A stretch of 58,068 nucleotides of DNA from Octopus bimaculoides. Taxonomy: Eukaryota. Location of the stretch: contig NC_068985.1 in the NCBI RefSeq assembly GCF_001194135.2, forward strand, positions 9,629,894-9,687,961, given 5' to 3'. Below the pieces are notes generated by a model, which was not told the origin of the DNA, did not search any database, and saw only the letters and a program-made list of their open reading frames with translations. Shown piece after piece: positions 12,373 through 26,428 of the stretch. The translations under genes and the position numbers were made by a program. Numbering within the stretch: position 1 is the first letter of the stretch; every line of letters begins with the position of its first letter.

Positions 12373-12527
12373 GGCACTGATACACAAGCTCACTCACACA
12401 CACACACACACACACCCTCACACACATATACACTGACAAACATGCACACAATCTCTCTCTCTCTCACACACACATAAATACTCACACACACACACACACA
12501 CAGAGTCTCTTAAAAACAAAAGCACTG
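12028..12527. mobile_element. 460-bp compound (CA/CT) insert flanked by a 20-bp direct repeat
   Basis: tcttaaaaacaaaagcactg at 12028-12047 and 12508-12527; the interrupted host repeat resumes after the second copy. Confidence 0.7.
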
Positions 12528-13341
12528 AATATTGTAAGTCTGAGATACACTTATTCCTGAAATAAAGATGAGAGAGTCATGGTTGGAATACTTGGGATCA
12601 TACACCTGTTGGATCAGACCAGCCCTGAACTAAATTACAACAACAACAACAACAACAACAATACCTTCGTAAAGCAAGGCAATGAAATGGCAGAGTAGTT
12701 AGAATATCAGACAAAATAGTAAGCAATATTTATTTTGGCAAAGGCAGTGAGATGGCAGAATCGTTAGCACGCCAGGCAAAATGCTTAGCAGCATTACATC
12801 TGTCTGCACATTTTGGGTTCAATTCCGCTGAGGTCGACTTTGCTTTTCAACCTTTTGGTGGGTAGATAAATTAAGTACCAGTTAAACACTGAGGTCGATG
12901 TAATCAACTAGCATCCTCCCTCAGAATTCCTGGTCTTGTGCCAAAATTTGAAACCAATATTTTTATTCCGGTACCTTGCATCATGAGTTCAAATCCTGCT
13001 AAGGGTCAAGTTTGCTTTTTATCTTCCCAAGGCCAAGAAATAAAGTACCAAACAAGTGTGATGAACTTCAGAATTGTTTAAGGGTTAGATGGGATTCTTT
13101 ACAATATTTGCTCCAGTTTAAATTCTAGTATGGCCTACTTTGGTGGTGAACCTATCTCATTGCATAGATTAGCAGCACCACCTGGTTTGTGGGTGCCTTT
13201 AGCAAAGGAGTCCAGTCTGTTACAAGCATTAAGACCAGTTCTATGGTTTGTAGAGACCTTCAACCCTCTCTCCTAACAGTCTCAGAAAGCTTGTGAAGGA
13301 TCATGGACTCTGCCCTTCTTCCTAACTAAGCAATAAAAAAA

Positions 13342-13492
13342 GTAGCCGTGTGGTAAGTAGCTTGCTTACCAACCATATGGTTCCGGGTTCATTCCCACTG
13401 CATGGCATCTTGGGCAAATGTCTTCTACTATAGCCGCGGGCCGACCAAAGCCTTGTGAGTGGATTTGGTAGACGGAAACTGAAAGAAGCCCA

Positions 13493-13567
<75 letters not shown>

Positions 13568-13765
13568 TGTGTCTGTGTTTGTCCCCCACCATCGCTTGAC
13601 AACCGATGCTGGTGTGTTTACGTTCCCGTAACTTAGTGGTTTGGCAAAAAGAGTCCGATAGAGTAAGTACTAGGATTACAAAGAATAAGTCCTGGGGTCG
13701 ATTTGCTCAACTAAAGGCGGTGCTCCAGCATGGCCACAGCCAAATGACTGAAACAAGTAAAGAGT
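13342..13765 (+). mobile_element. tRNA-derived SINE family A (full length, internal microsatellite)
   Basis: Head gccgtgtggtaagtagcttgc...gggttcattccc, internal (GT)n, tail ending gactgaaacaagtaaagag. More than 20 full or partial copies in the window. Confidence 0.9.
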
Positions 13766-14269
13766 ATTGGTGCCACATAAAAAGCACTGGTGCTGGTGGG
13801 TGTCACATAAAAGTCACCGATGCAGGTGCCACATAAAAAGCACCCAGTATACACTGTAAAGTGGTTGGCGTTATGAAGGACATTCAGTCATAGAAACCTT
13901 GCCCAAACAGACAATTGGAGGCTTGCTAGCTCCTGTCAATCTATCCAACCCATGCCAGCATGGAAAATGGATGTTAAATGACAATGATGATGATAATGAT
14001 GAAGTTCTATTATAATAATGATCATCATCATTTATAAGCAAGCACACACATACATGCACACATGTCTCTGAATTATGTTGCAGAATTTTTTAACAGAGAA
14101 AGGTGGTAATTTGAGGTGTGTGAGGTCAAAGTGTGTGAGGTCAAGGTGTGTTTCACCTGGTACACTATTGGAAATATTTTGTGAGAGTAATAGAGTTTAG
14201 AAGGAAATTGACAGATCACAAACATCAACAAGTCTGGAGTAAAGATTGTTTGCCAACATAACATGGCAG

Positions 14270-14550
14270 TCCTGGTTTAGGACGAATGTTGCTGTAATTT
14301 AGCCCCAGGAGACATCATATGACACGATCTGTGTCCTTATATTTTCGAACAAGGGAATCTAGCACCCCCACTCAGCTCAAAACAATATCTGTTTATTGCT
14401 ATTTCTGAGTTATTTCCCTTCATCNNNNNNNNNNNNNNNNNNNNNNNNNNNNNNNNNNNNNNNNNNNNNNNNNNNNNNNNNNNNNNNNNNNNNNNNNNNN
14501 NNNNNNNNNNNNNNNNNNNNNCGGATATCGTTTTGAGCTGAGGGGGGGGG
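14270..14550. mobile_element. Foldback/MITE-like element spanning an N gap
   Basis: cccccactcagctcaaaacaatatctg (14365-14391) versus cggatatcgttttgagctgagggggg (14522-14550) in inverted orientation. Confidence 0.5.
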
Positions 14551-14557
14551 AGACTAT

Positions 14558-14680
14558 GTGTGTGTGTGTGTGTCAGTGTGTATGAGCATGTGTGTGCATG
14601 TCAGTGTGTGGGGGGGGCATGAGTTTGTGTGTCAGTGCCTGTGTGTGAGAGAGAGAGACTGTGTGCATGTGTGTCAGTAA

Positions 14681-14713
<33 letters not shown>

Positions 14714-14920
14714 GTTATGAGTGTGTATGTGTGTGTCAGTGTGTGAGTGAGAGAGAGAGAGACTGTGTGTGTGTATCAGCGTGTATGTGTGTGTGTGTGT
14801 GTGTCAGAGTGTGTGTGAGTGTGGGTATGTCAGTTTGTGTGTGTGTGAGTATGTGTGCATGTGTGAGTGCACGCATGTGTGTCTGAGTGGGAGTGGGAGT
14901 GTGTGTGTGTGTATGTGTGT
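14558..14920. repeat. Compound GT/GA microsatellite, inverted relative of the 12048-12507 insert
   Basis: Shares actgacacacatgcacacagtctctctc and ctcacacacaggcactga on the minus strand. Confidence 0.75.
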
Positions 14921-15199
14921 GTATGCTTGTCGTAGGAGTACTTTTAAAGGAAACCATTTTTTTTCAAGTTCATAGAAACAATTTCATTATTTCTCCATAT
15001 TTTGACTTTTTCTGTTTTTATAGAGGATGGGTTTTAAACAGGAAAGTTCTCAAAGAGGCAGGAACTCTACAACTTGAAGCACTTAGAAAATCTTACAAAA
15101 GAAAACTTCGAAATGTTTATCAAGATTTTTTTTTTCATTTCGTATTTTTTTTTTTTTAATTATAAAAGAACAAAGGTTATCTGTATATATTTATGTGTA

Positions 15200-15572
15200 T
15201 AGGCGCAGGCGTGACTGTGTGGTAAGAAGCTTGCTTCCCAGTCACACGGTCCCGGGTTCAGTCCCACTGTGTGGTACCTTGGGCAAGTGTCTTTTGCTAT
15301 ACCCTCAGGCCAACCAAAGCCTTGTGAGTGGATTTGGTAGACAGAAACTGAAAGAATCCCGTGTGTGTGTTTGTGTGTCAGTGCTTGTCCTCCCAACATC
15401 ACTTGACAACTGATGTTGGTGTGTTTACATCTCCGTAACTTAGTGGTTCAGCAACAGAGACCGATAGAATAAGTACTAGGCATACAAAGAATAAGTCCTG
15501 GAGTCGATTTGTTCGACTAAAGGCGGTGCTCCAGCATGGCCACAATCAAATGACTGAAACAAATAAAAGAAT
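15200..15572 (+). mobile_element. SINE family A
   Basis: Full head and tail as at 13342. Confidence 0.9.
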
Positions 15573-15605
15573 ATAGCCATAGTTGTGTTTATGCAAGCGT
15601 GTATG

Positions 15606-15644
<39 letters not shown>

Positions 15645-16267
15645 GTCAGATCGACAAATGTTACATAAAGTGGGGTCAATTCATTTGACTAAAAATACTC
15701 AAGGCAGTGCCCCAGCATGGCCACAGTCTGATTGAAATAAGTAAGAGATAAAAGATACAAGTGCAAGCATGGCCATGTGGTAAAGAAGCTTGTTCTACAA
15801 CCAGGTTCAATTCCCATGCATATGGCATCTTCAAGTTTTCCTTCATCTCAAATTTTTCGTGTAGGTATCACCCAAAAGACATCTAACATTAACCCCTAAA
15901 GTACTGGGATTTGCACTTACATAGCATGGACAGCTGAGCACATTTTATTAAAATCAGACAACCATGCCCACATAAAAAAAACAAAAAATAGTTAAAATAT
16001 CTTCATAGTATATAAATGGTGGCAAGTTTTACATCATCTGATAAGTGGTTAGTTGAACTATTAGTCCTCTTGGATTCTGGGGGGAATCGGAGCGTTTGAG
16101 TGACACTTGACCCCAACAAACGCCCATAAATTAAATGCATCTATCTGGGCCACATTGTGGCCCATCATGCTGTGTGTGATAAGCATGAATTGCATTCATG
16201 TAATCTGTCTGATGGGGGTCTCTAAAGGTCACAAACACCATCTCTGCCCTTTCCTTGTAACAACATT

Positions 16268-16645
16268 GTTGTTGGCACTCCGTCTGTTATGATGTCGAGG
16301 GTTCCAGTTGATCCGATCAGTGGAACAGCCTGCTCGTGAAATTAACGTGCAAGTGGCTGAGCACTCCACAGACACGTGTACCCTTAACGTAGTTCTCGGG
16401 AATATTCAGCGTGACCCAGTGTGACAAGGCTGGCCCTTTGAATTACAGGCACAACAGGAAATAAGAGTGAAAGAAAATTGTGGTGAAAGGGTACAGCAGG
16501 GTTCGCCACCATCCCCTGCCAGAGCCTTATGGAGCATGAGGTGTTTTCGCTCAATAAACACTCACAACACCCGGTCTGGGAATCAAAACCGCGATCCTAT
16601 GACCACGAGTCCGCTGCCCTAACCACTGGGCCATTGCGCCTCCAC
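16268..16645 (-). mobile_element. tRNA-derived SINE family C (full length)
   Basis: Minus head gtggaggcgcaatggcccagtggttaggg with A and B boxes; a closely similar copy lies at 44126-44506. Confidence 0.9.
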
Positions 16646-17439
16646 ACATACATACATATTTAAGAAGTTAATAATACTCGTTTGTTCCCAGAAAAGGATC
16701 AGAAGATAATAATATTTGTCTGTTCTCAGAAAAGGATCAGAAGATAATGATATTTGTTTGTTCCCAGAAAAGGATCTACATAGTCTTCTTGTTATTGCTC
16801 ATTAGCTGTTGTCATTTCAGGATAAGCAAAAAAAAAAATACTCAATTTGTCCACACTAATAAAGAACAGATGCTTTGGAAGTTAATTTCAGCACTTGACA
16901 AATATTTCACGAAATACTTAAAACTAACACGGATTTTAACGATCAATAGAAACAGATGAGCCAATGAGGAAGGTCTGTGAATTCTGGTGACCTACTTGTA
17001 ACAGCAACAAAACAACCCTCAAATTACATGTCGTATTACTGAAGACATACAAGCACAGGGTACACCAATCAGGGCAGAGATTCAATCAATCTACAATAAC
17101 TGCACTTCAATACAAGTGAAAGCAACTTAAAGCAGCTTAAATTCTTATGATCTTTCAATAACTGGTGTTTTTCAAGAGTTATCAACCACTCTAAGATTGA
17201 ATGTCTCAAATACTGTATTACGCTGAAATGTTTTGGTGCTCAAGTTACAAGCGTTGCACTAGAAAAAAGTCCTGAATAGCAAAGTTACTAAATGTTGTTA
17301 CAAGTGTTAGCGAAGACAAAGCAGTTCACTGCCTGTGAGTCATTTCAACATACATGCAACGCATTGCAATAATACAAACCAGAGATTAAAAGAGTTACAA
17401 ACACACACACACATATATATATGCATGTATATGTGTATA

Positions 17440-17484
<45 letters not shown>

Positions 17485-17780
17485 TAAATAATGTAGGTGG
17501 CTTATTAGCAATTAGAATCTAAAGACAAATTTATAAACGTCAGTAGTGACAAAGGTACAAAGCAGTACTAGCATTGCTAGAAATAAGAGTCAAAACGGTT
17601 CAATTAGCCTACTGAGACATACTTCAGTAGGGAGCTTGTCTCAGTACATTACGGAGCTTTCTCACTTCCTCTCTTTCATCACCTTATTAAGATAGTGATT
17701 TTCGTGGCTGATTGAATTGGTTTGACTCTTATTTCTAGCAACGCTGGTACTACTTATATATATATAGTATATATATATAG

Positions 17781-17821
<41 letters not shown>

Positions 17822-18039
17822 TGTGTACATATGCTCCTGAGGTCACCAAGTTAACTCCACAGAGTGGAGAGTATAACATTGAAAGAAGCAAAAATATATA
17901 GAGGGACAGGAACAGGTTTTTTGTTGAAGAGGAGAAACATGGCTTCCCTAGCTACAGAGAGAGAGAAAGAAAGAGGTGGTAAGGGTGCATCCTAATAGTT
18001 CAAGATGAATATAGAGACATAGGAACAGGAAAGTCTACA

Positions 18040-18083
<44 letters not shown>

Positions 18084-18459
18084 ATATATGCACCAATACC
18101 TGGACATCCTTGTTACTTATTAGCCCTTAATACCAGACTGACTTGGTGCCTCTTCTTAAGTACCTAATTCAACTGAATCTTAATTATTTCTTATATATAT
18201 ATATATGGCAAGTAAAAAGCACCATCCGAAAATGGTCGATGTCGTCAGTGCTGCCTGACTGGCTCCCATGCCGGTAGCATGTAAGAAGCACCCACTACAC
18301 TTTCGGAGTAGTTGACATTAGGAAGGGCACCCACCTGTAGAAAACCTGCCAGATCAGATTGGAGCCTGGTGCAGCCTCCTGACTTGCAAGTCCCCAGTCA
18401 AACCGTCCAACCCATGCCAGCATGGAAAGCGGACGTTAAATGATGATGATGATGATGAT

Positions 18460-18496
<37 letters not shown>

Positions 18497-18897
18497 TGCA
18501 CGAAGCGTAATGATGCTTAATAAGTATCTACCTGCTAGAAATAAGAGCCAAGTCTTAAATAATCCACCGTACGGTGGATTANNNNNNNNNNNNNNNNNNN
18601 NNNNNNNNNNNNNNNNNNNNNNNNNNNNNNNNNNNNNNNNNNNNNNNNNNNNNNNNNNNNNNNNNNNNNNNNNNNNNNNNNNNNNNNNNNNNNNNNNNNN
18701 NNNNNNNNNNNNNNNNNNNNNNNNNNNNNNNNNNNNNNNNNNNNNNNNNNNNNNNNNNNNNNNNNNNNNNNNNNNNNNNNNNNNNNNNNNNNNNNNNNNN
18801 NNNNNNNNNNNNNNNNNNNNNNNNNNNNNNNNNNNNNNNNNNNNNNNNNNNNNNNNNNNNNNNNNNNNNNNNNNNNNNNNNNNNNNNNATATGTATT

Positions 18898-18935
<38 letters not shown>

Positions 18936-18949
18936 TACATATAGCTCTT

Positions 18950-19156
18950 TTACTCTTTTATTTGTTTCAGTCATTTTGACTGTGGCCATGCTGGAGAACC
19001 ACCTTTTAGTCGAGCAAATCGACCCCAGGACTTATTCTTTGTAAGCCTAGTACTTATTCTATTGGTCACTTTTGCTGAACTGCTAGGTTACGGGGACGTA
19101 AACACACCAGCATCAGCTGTCAAGCGATGGTGGGAGGGACAAGCACAGACACACAA

Positions 19157-19213
<57 letters not shown>

Positions 19214-19382
19214 CACATATATACGATGGGCTTCTTTCAGTTTCCATCTACCAAATCCACTCACAAGGCTTTGGTCGGCCTGAGGCTAGAGTAGAAGACA
19301 CTAGCCCAAGGTGCCACGCAGTGGGACTGAACCCAGAACGATGTGGTCCGTTAGCAAGCTACTTACCACACACCCACTCCTA
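18950..19382 (-). mobile_element. SINE family A
   Basis: Reverse complement of the full family A head and tail. Confidence 0.9.
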
Positions 19383-20180
19383 AAATATATATTTATGCAT
19401 GTGTGTGCGTATGTATGTATATATACATATACATATTTATGCATGTGTATGTATGCATATATATATATATATACACACACATACACCCACATGCCTACAC
19501 ATTACTTGTGGGTATTTGGTTATTTACATAAGCATGTGCATATGTATACATACATACATGTGTATACACAAAACATTAAACAATAATGATGATATATACA
19601 CAAACCAACACAAATACTGAAGCATAATAGACAGAATTATTCATTTAAATTTCTAAACTAAGCATTTTCTAATGAGTTTTTATTAATAAGTTTGGATATT
19701 TTAATTTAATTAATTTTTTTTTTTTTTTTTTTTTTTTTGAGATAATAAAATTGTCAATATGAAATTTTCCAAAAAATCAATATGATCAAATATCAGCATA
19801 ATCCAATATTCCACCCACGCAACAACATACACATAGACACACAGACATATATATATACATACATGTTCATACATGCCTACACAGAATATGGACACTAAAT
19901 GATGATGAGACACAGGTATAAAATACTCGTTTCTACTCTAGGCACAAGGCCCGAAATGTTTGGAGTTGGGGGGAGCCAGTTGATTAGATCAACCCCAGTA
20001 CCTAACAGGTACTTAATTCATCGACCCCGAAAGGATGATAGGCAAAGTCGACCTCGGCGGAATTTGAACTCAAAATATAAAGACAGATGAAATACCGCTA
20101 AGCATTTCGGCCGGCGTGCTAACGATTCTGCCAACTCACCACCTTACACTTGTATAAATATTGAAACTGTACTATATATG

Positions 20181-20227
<47 letters not shown>

Positions 20228-20940
20228 ATGCACACACACAGAATTATACAATTTTCAGCTTTTATTATTAACTTCAATGTCTCTTTTTTTCTTTCACTTC
20301 CCCCTCACACATTTCTAATTAAATTCTAGCCTATTACACAATAAAATTCCATTTAATCAGCTTCCAGTGTTATATTTTCCAAAATAAATTCTCCCTCACT
20401 CCCTCTCCCACTCTCTCTCTCCTCCTCCTCATCTCTCTCTCTCTCTTGCTCACTCGCCCTTTCTCACAATACATAAAATAGTCTTCAACACTGCTTAACA
20501 TTTAGATAACTATAAACAAACATTATTCACTGTGATATGCAACAATAAATAATAATCAAATTTTAAATCCAACTCAAAAATAAAAACAATTCTTAAATAT
20601 CAAATAGCTATCTGCTTCAAGACACAATCATTTCAGCGTCCTACCTTAGAAATAGAGTCAAGCCAGAGTTATTAACGGAATTTCTCAGCTTCGCTTCATT
20701 TCTTGCTGTCTGGGATATTTAGCATAAATGTTATAGCCACTGTGACTATGTTCCAAGTATTACTATAAAAATCCTGTGAGATATTTTTCCACAAGTAGCC
20801 TGATTATGAGACAATCTTAACAGGATTCAGATTGAAAGGAGAAAAAATAATAGATTTTGCTATCATAATAGACCTTTTTAATACCAAACCACTTGAGACT
20901 GTTCCATGATACAAACTTTTAGCTTTAAAAACGATCTGAT

Positions 20941-21167
20941 TTAACCCGTTAATATTTAGATTACTCTATCAAATATGATGCGTACTTATTCATAATGTTT
21001 TGAATTAATCTGCATAATCTCATAGCTTTGAGATTTGGATGATATGACTGTTTATTTTTAGAATGACATAGCAGACTGGGTGTCAGAGACCAGATCTGGC
21101 TGGTCTGAACATAAACCAGGTAAAATATTTTGGCCAAATACGGTGAGTTTAAATGGTAAAGAGCTAA
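20941..21167 (+). mobile_element. TTAA (piggyBac-type) MITE, diverged
   Basis: Ends ttaacccgttaatattt and aaatggtaaagagctaa. Confidence 0.7.
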
Positions 21168-22580
21168 AGTCCTCCATCAAATTTTATGTTAAACTAAGTT
21201 CTCAACACCAGAGTACATTTAACCATAATAATTCTAGGACCATTCAAGTCTCTTAAGTATTTCCATAAAAATCCTTTAAGCAAAAGGGATTCCAGAACAA
21301 AATCTAAGAAAAACACAACTTTTTGTATGTATTAGTGGGTGAGTTCTGCTAGCCCCTAATAATGTAATGTAATGGGTAAGGCAAATTTAAAACAGACAGC
21401 GTTGTCTTTAGGCAATGTAAATATAAACTACGCCTTTTAAGAGCTGTCCTTAGATTTGTAATTAAAGCAACATGATTATTTGCAGTTGAATAAATATGTT
21501 TTAACTCAACTTATTTCTGAGTGTGTGTGTGTTTTCATTGCAGTTTAGCCCAAGGTCAACCATAATTAAGCAGATATATGATCAAAAGTATTCTAGCAGT
21601 AATCATCCTACCTTTTATTCAAACAAAGTGTATGTAACACCACATTACTGTATGTATCCTGATATTTTCAAGCAAGTGTGGTATGATTTTGAAGGATATT
21701 TGGCAGCTATTTCCAGCAGTTGAATTACTCATGCAGAAGTTGGTTCATTGTTTTATTAACATGGGAATTTGGGGTGGACTTCACTGAATCCAGTTCAAGT
21801 ACAGAATAAATTGGCCTCCTCTGGATGGCCACAACACTAGATTTTTCCTTTTGTTCATGTCAACCAATTCGCTCCACTTGCAAACAGTTCACACTCTCAA
21901 TGAAGCACATCACTAATTTCCTCAAATTTTTTTATTTACTGAATCCAGTGAAGTACACTATACATATGTTGTTGCTTTCAACAAAGTTAACCCATGCCAG
22001 CCAGGCAGAAGCCTGCACCAGACTTCTGTGACTGTTTTGGCAAGGTTTTTACAGCTGGATGCCCTTCCGAACACCAACCACTCAGCAGAGTGGACCTAGT
22101 GCTTTTTACATAGCACAAGCACAGGTGAGGTCAGTAGTGCTTTTTACGTGGCACAAGCACATATATTTACAAAAAATTTTCACTCGTTATCATTTAACTT
22201 ACACCGAAAACGCACATATTTAGCATACTCTATTTTCCAGGATACAAGTTGATGTGGTACATGGTGTAAATATTCAAACATCACCACTAGCTTTCCAAAT
22301 CCTGCTGCATTTCACATGGAATTTTTGGTCCTCCCAAGTTGTGCTTTGGCACATAAGTTGACCTCCTTTTTTGGCTGTAAAATTTGATTAGGAAAATTCA
22401 AGTTGCATGTTGGAAAACGCCTGTTATTCAGTGCCAATATGGCTTGCATAAATAAGTCTGCTAGACAACAAACCTTCCAATCAGTGTGATCTTGCATCAC
22501 ACCGTCTCATACCAAAGGCTTCCTCATTTATGATGCAAACTCACCACACAATCCCAAGATTTCTTTACCCCCACACTTAC

Positions 22581-22761
22581 CCCCATGGACTTTTTATCAT
22601 CTCGTAACATATTCCCATCTATCGTACATGTGCCATTCACATTATGTATCCAAAAACTGGAATTATTTCTTTTACAAACATCAAACAAAATTCCTATACA
22701 TATACATATCGGTTGATTCCATTGCTTCGTCATCTCATTTGTATTCAAAATATCATTGAAG
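22581..22761 (-). CDS. Candidate 181-nt coding exon (FNDILNTNEMTKQWNQPICICIGILFDVCKRNNSSFWIHNVNGTCTIDGNMLRDDKKSMG)
   Basis: Acceptor ttcttttgtttactcaacatcag, donor GGG|GTAAGT, and only one open frame. No family recognised; could be decayed TE coding sequence. Confidence 0.3.
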
Positions 22762-22944
22762 CTGATGTTGAGTAAACAAAAGAATATTTAATAAAGCTTC
22801 TGATAATTCTAATCAGGAGATCTCATATAACAGAACTTTGAAATTAAATTGGAAATTTCATACATATTGGATAGATATAAAGAGATAGTTATGCACACAC
22901 ACACACGTGTGTGTGTGTATGTAAGTATATATATACAAGTGTGT

Positions 22945-22977
<33 letters not shown>

Positions 22978-23075
22978 CAAGTCTGTGTATGTGTTTATAT
23001 ATATATATATATATATACACACATAGATATCTCAAAAATAAATACACACACATGTGTGTGCATGTGAGTATATAT

Positions 23076-23116
<41 letters not shown>

Positions 23117-23941
23117 CATATACTCTTTTACTTGTTTCAGTCATTTGACTGTGGCCATGCTGGACCACCGCCTTTAGTCAAGCAAATCGGCCCCAGGACT
23201 TATTCTTTGTAAGCCTAGTACTTATCCTATAGCTACAATGGCTGTGCTTGCTGAGCTTCACTGCCAGCTTTGTCAAATTTTCTACAGTTGCAGGCCCCTC
23301 TCAACACCCACATTGTATTGGGTGCTTTTTTTTTCATGCCACTAACACTAGTGAAGTTGGCAGGTAAGCTGAGACAGACAGACAGACAGACAAAGAGTAG
23401 TACTCGTCAATCAACAGTGTTCCACATTTGCTATTCCATGCTGGCCTGCATTGGTTGAGTTTTCTGAGGCAGTATTTTATGGAGGGATGTCCTCCCTATG
23501 GCCAGCCCTTTTAGTTGCTTCTTATTACAGGCTTAAAAAAATTTTTTAAATAAGCATTGGGGTTGATTTGTTTGACTACATTTCTTCAGGGCAGTACCCC
23601 AGCATGGTCACAGTCCAATGACTGAAACAAGACACACACACACACACACACAGACACATATACATAGATACACTGGTACCCATACCTGTGGCATGTAAAA
23701 AGCATCATTTGAATGTGGCTAATGCCAGTACCGCCTGGCTGGCTCCCGTGCCGGTGGCATATAAAAGAACCCACTGCACTCTTGGAATGGTTGGTGTTAA
23801 GAAGGACATCCAGCAGCAGAAGCCATGCCAAATCAGATTGGAACTTGGTGCAACCTCCCGGCTTGCCTGTTCTCAGTCAAACCTTCCAACCCATGCCAGC
23901 ATGGAAAGCAGATGTTAAACAATGAGGTTGATGATGATGCT

Positions 23942-23980
<39 letters not shown>

Positions 23981-24127
23981 AATATATATCATCCAGTCCA
24001 TGTCAGCATGGAACACTGGAACATGAACGTTAAATGAGGATGGTTACATGTGTGTATATGTATGTGTGTGTATTCAGTTAAATATATACAGATGTCTACG
24101 AATGGATACACATGCAGACTGATAGCT

Positions 24128-24166
<39 letters not shown>

Positions 24167-24589
24167 GAGAGAGAGAGAGAGAGAAAGAGAGAGACAGTGA
24201 GAGAGAGAGTGAGAGAGAGAAGTAGAACTCGGGGAAACAAAGTTTTACATTTCACTTCAAAAATAGAAAATTCTAAATTCAAGTGGACTTGCTGTTCTAA
24301 TTTTAATCACCTGATTCCACCTTATCATTTGCAAAACCTACATTCCAGAAACATATCTCCCTGCATCCCCACAACAACAAAAAAAAAGAGAGAAAATGTA
24401 AAACTGGGTCAGAATAACTTGATTTTACTGACAATCAAAGTTGCAAGATGCCCTCAACAGACTTTCAAGCAATTCAGATGTTTACAATACTGATTTGCAT
24501 GAAGAGGGTCCACTAAAATATGTCATAAATCCCCAGGGTTGTGCACTTTAAAATATGTAGTATAACATGCCATAACCACTAAATTCATC

Positions 24590-24997
24590 ATCATCGTGTT
24601 TAACGTCTGTTTTCCATACTGGCATGGGTTGGACAGTTTGACTGAGGACTGGAAAGCCAGGAGGCTGCCACCAAGCTCCAGTCTGATTTGGCAAAGTTTC
24701 TACAGCTGGATGCCCTTCCTAATGCCAATCACCCTGAGAGTGTAGTGGGCACTTTTTATGTGCCACCAGCACGGATGCCAGTCAGGTGGCACTGGCATCA
24801 GCCACTCGAATGGTGCTTTTTACGTGTCATTGGCACAGGTGCCAGTCAGGTGACACTGGCATCAGCCACTCGAATGGTGCTTTTTACGTGTCATTGGCAC
24901 AGGTGCCAGTCAGGTGACACTGGCATCAGCCACACTCCAATGGTGCTTTTTACGTGTCATTGGCACAGGTGCCAGTCAGGTGACACTGGCATCAGCC
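24590..24997 (-). mobile_element. Family R element with an expanded 64-bp tandem array at its 5' side
   Basis: Units start at 24793, 24857, 24921 and 24987 (64, 64, 66 bp) and run into an N gap. Confidence 0.9.
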
Positions 24998-25453
24998 NNN
25001 NNNNNNNNNNNNNNNNNNNNNNNNNNNNNNNNNNNNNNNNNNNNNNNNNNNNNNNNNNNNNNNNNNNNNNNNNNNNNNNNNNNNNNNNNNNNNNNNNNNN
25101 NNNNNNNNNNNNNNNNNNNNNNNNNNNNNNNNNNNNNNNNNNNNNNNNNNNNNNNNNNNNNNNNNNNNNNNNNNNNNNNNNNNNNNNNNNNNNNNNNNNN
25201 NNNNNNNNNNNNNNNNNNNNNNNNNNNNNNNNTTGTGAGTGTGTGAATATACATGATAGAATTGAAATTCCACTGAGGTCGACTCTGCCTTTCATTCTTT
25301 CGGGGTCGATAAGTTAAGTACCAGTTGCATACTGGGCTCAATCCAATCAACTGGCCCCGTCCCAAAAAATTTGGGCCCTTGTGCCTAGAGTAGAAAAGAA
25401 TATATATGATAGAATTGCAGCTGATTAAGAATTTACTATTAGGCAATATACCT

Positions 25454-25500
<47 letters not shown>

Positions 25501-26007
25501 ACGTGTGTGTGTGCACGTGTGTGTGTGCACGTGTGTGCATGCGTGTGTGTCTCTGTCTCTCTCAGAGCATGATTACTATCACTTAATAACCAAAAATTAA
25601 AACAGACTCAAGGAATTACTGCCAAGCAAGACCAAAGTTGAAAATTGCAGAGAGACTGAGAGAAGGAACTCTCCGTGACACAAAACTCAAGTGACACTTA
25701 TGTCGGAAGTGAACAATTGAGAGAGAGAACTTATGCAAATTGACACAAAGTCTTTTAAAAGTCATTAGAGATGAATTCTATTAGAAATTAAGAAAAGTCT
25801 AAATCCTGGTTAACCCATTCGTTACCATTTTTCTTTTAAAAGTCGGCTGCCTTTGCTTCAATCAATTTTGAAAATAATTGTGAATTTAGTAAAATAGCTT
25901 TGTCATTATTAAGTTGATAGGCACAAGTGTAGCTGTGTGGTAAGAAGCTTACAAAGAATAAGTCCCAGAGTTGATTTCTTTCACTGCATTTCATCCAAAA
26001 TGTTTAA

Positions 26008-26428
26008 CTACAGGCGCAGGAGTGGCTGTGTGCTAAGTAGCTTGCTTACCAACCACATGGTTTCAGGTTCATTCCCACTGCATGGCACCTTGGGCCAGTG
26101 TCTTCTACTATAGCCTCGGGCCGACCGAAGCCTTGTGAGTGGATTTGGTAGATGGAAACTGAAAGAAGCCCGTCGTATATATGTATATACATGTATATGT
26201 ATGTGTGTGTATATATTTATGCATCTGTGTTTGTCCCCCCAACATCGTTTGACAACCGATGCTGGTGTGTTTATGTCCCCGTAACTTAGCGGTTCGGCAA
26301 AAGAGACTGATAGAATAAGTACTAGGCTTCCAAAGAATAAGTCCTGGGGTCGATTTGCTCGACTAAAGGCGGTGCTCCAGCATGGCCGCATTCAAATGAC
26401 TGAAATAAGTAAAAGAGTAAAAGAGAGT
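26008..26428 (+). mobile_element. SINE family A
   Basis: Full-length copy. Confidence 0.9.

Noticed and set aside
22200-22560. Gypsy integrase, RTE endonuclease or piggyBac similarity in stop-riddled frames
   Set aside because: Weak partial resemblance to several unrelated families; none decisive without HMM searches.
24793-24997. CRISPR-like array
   Set aside because: Units are contiguous with no unique spacers, belong to an interspersed retroelement, and the DNA is eukaryotic.
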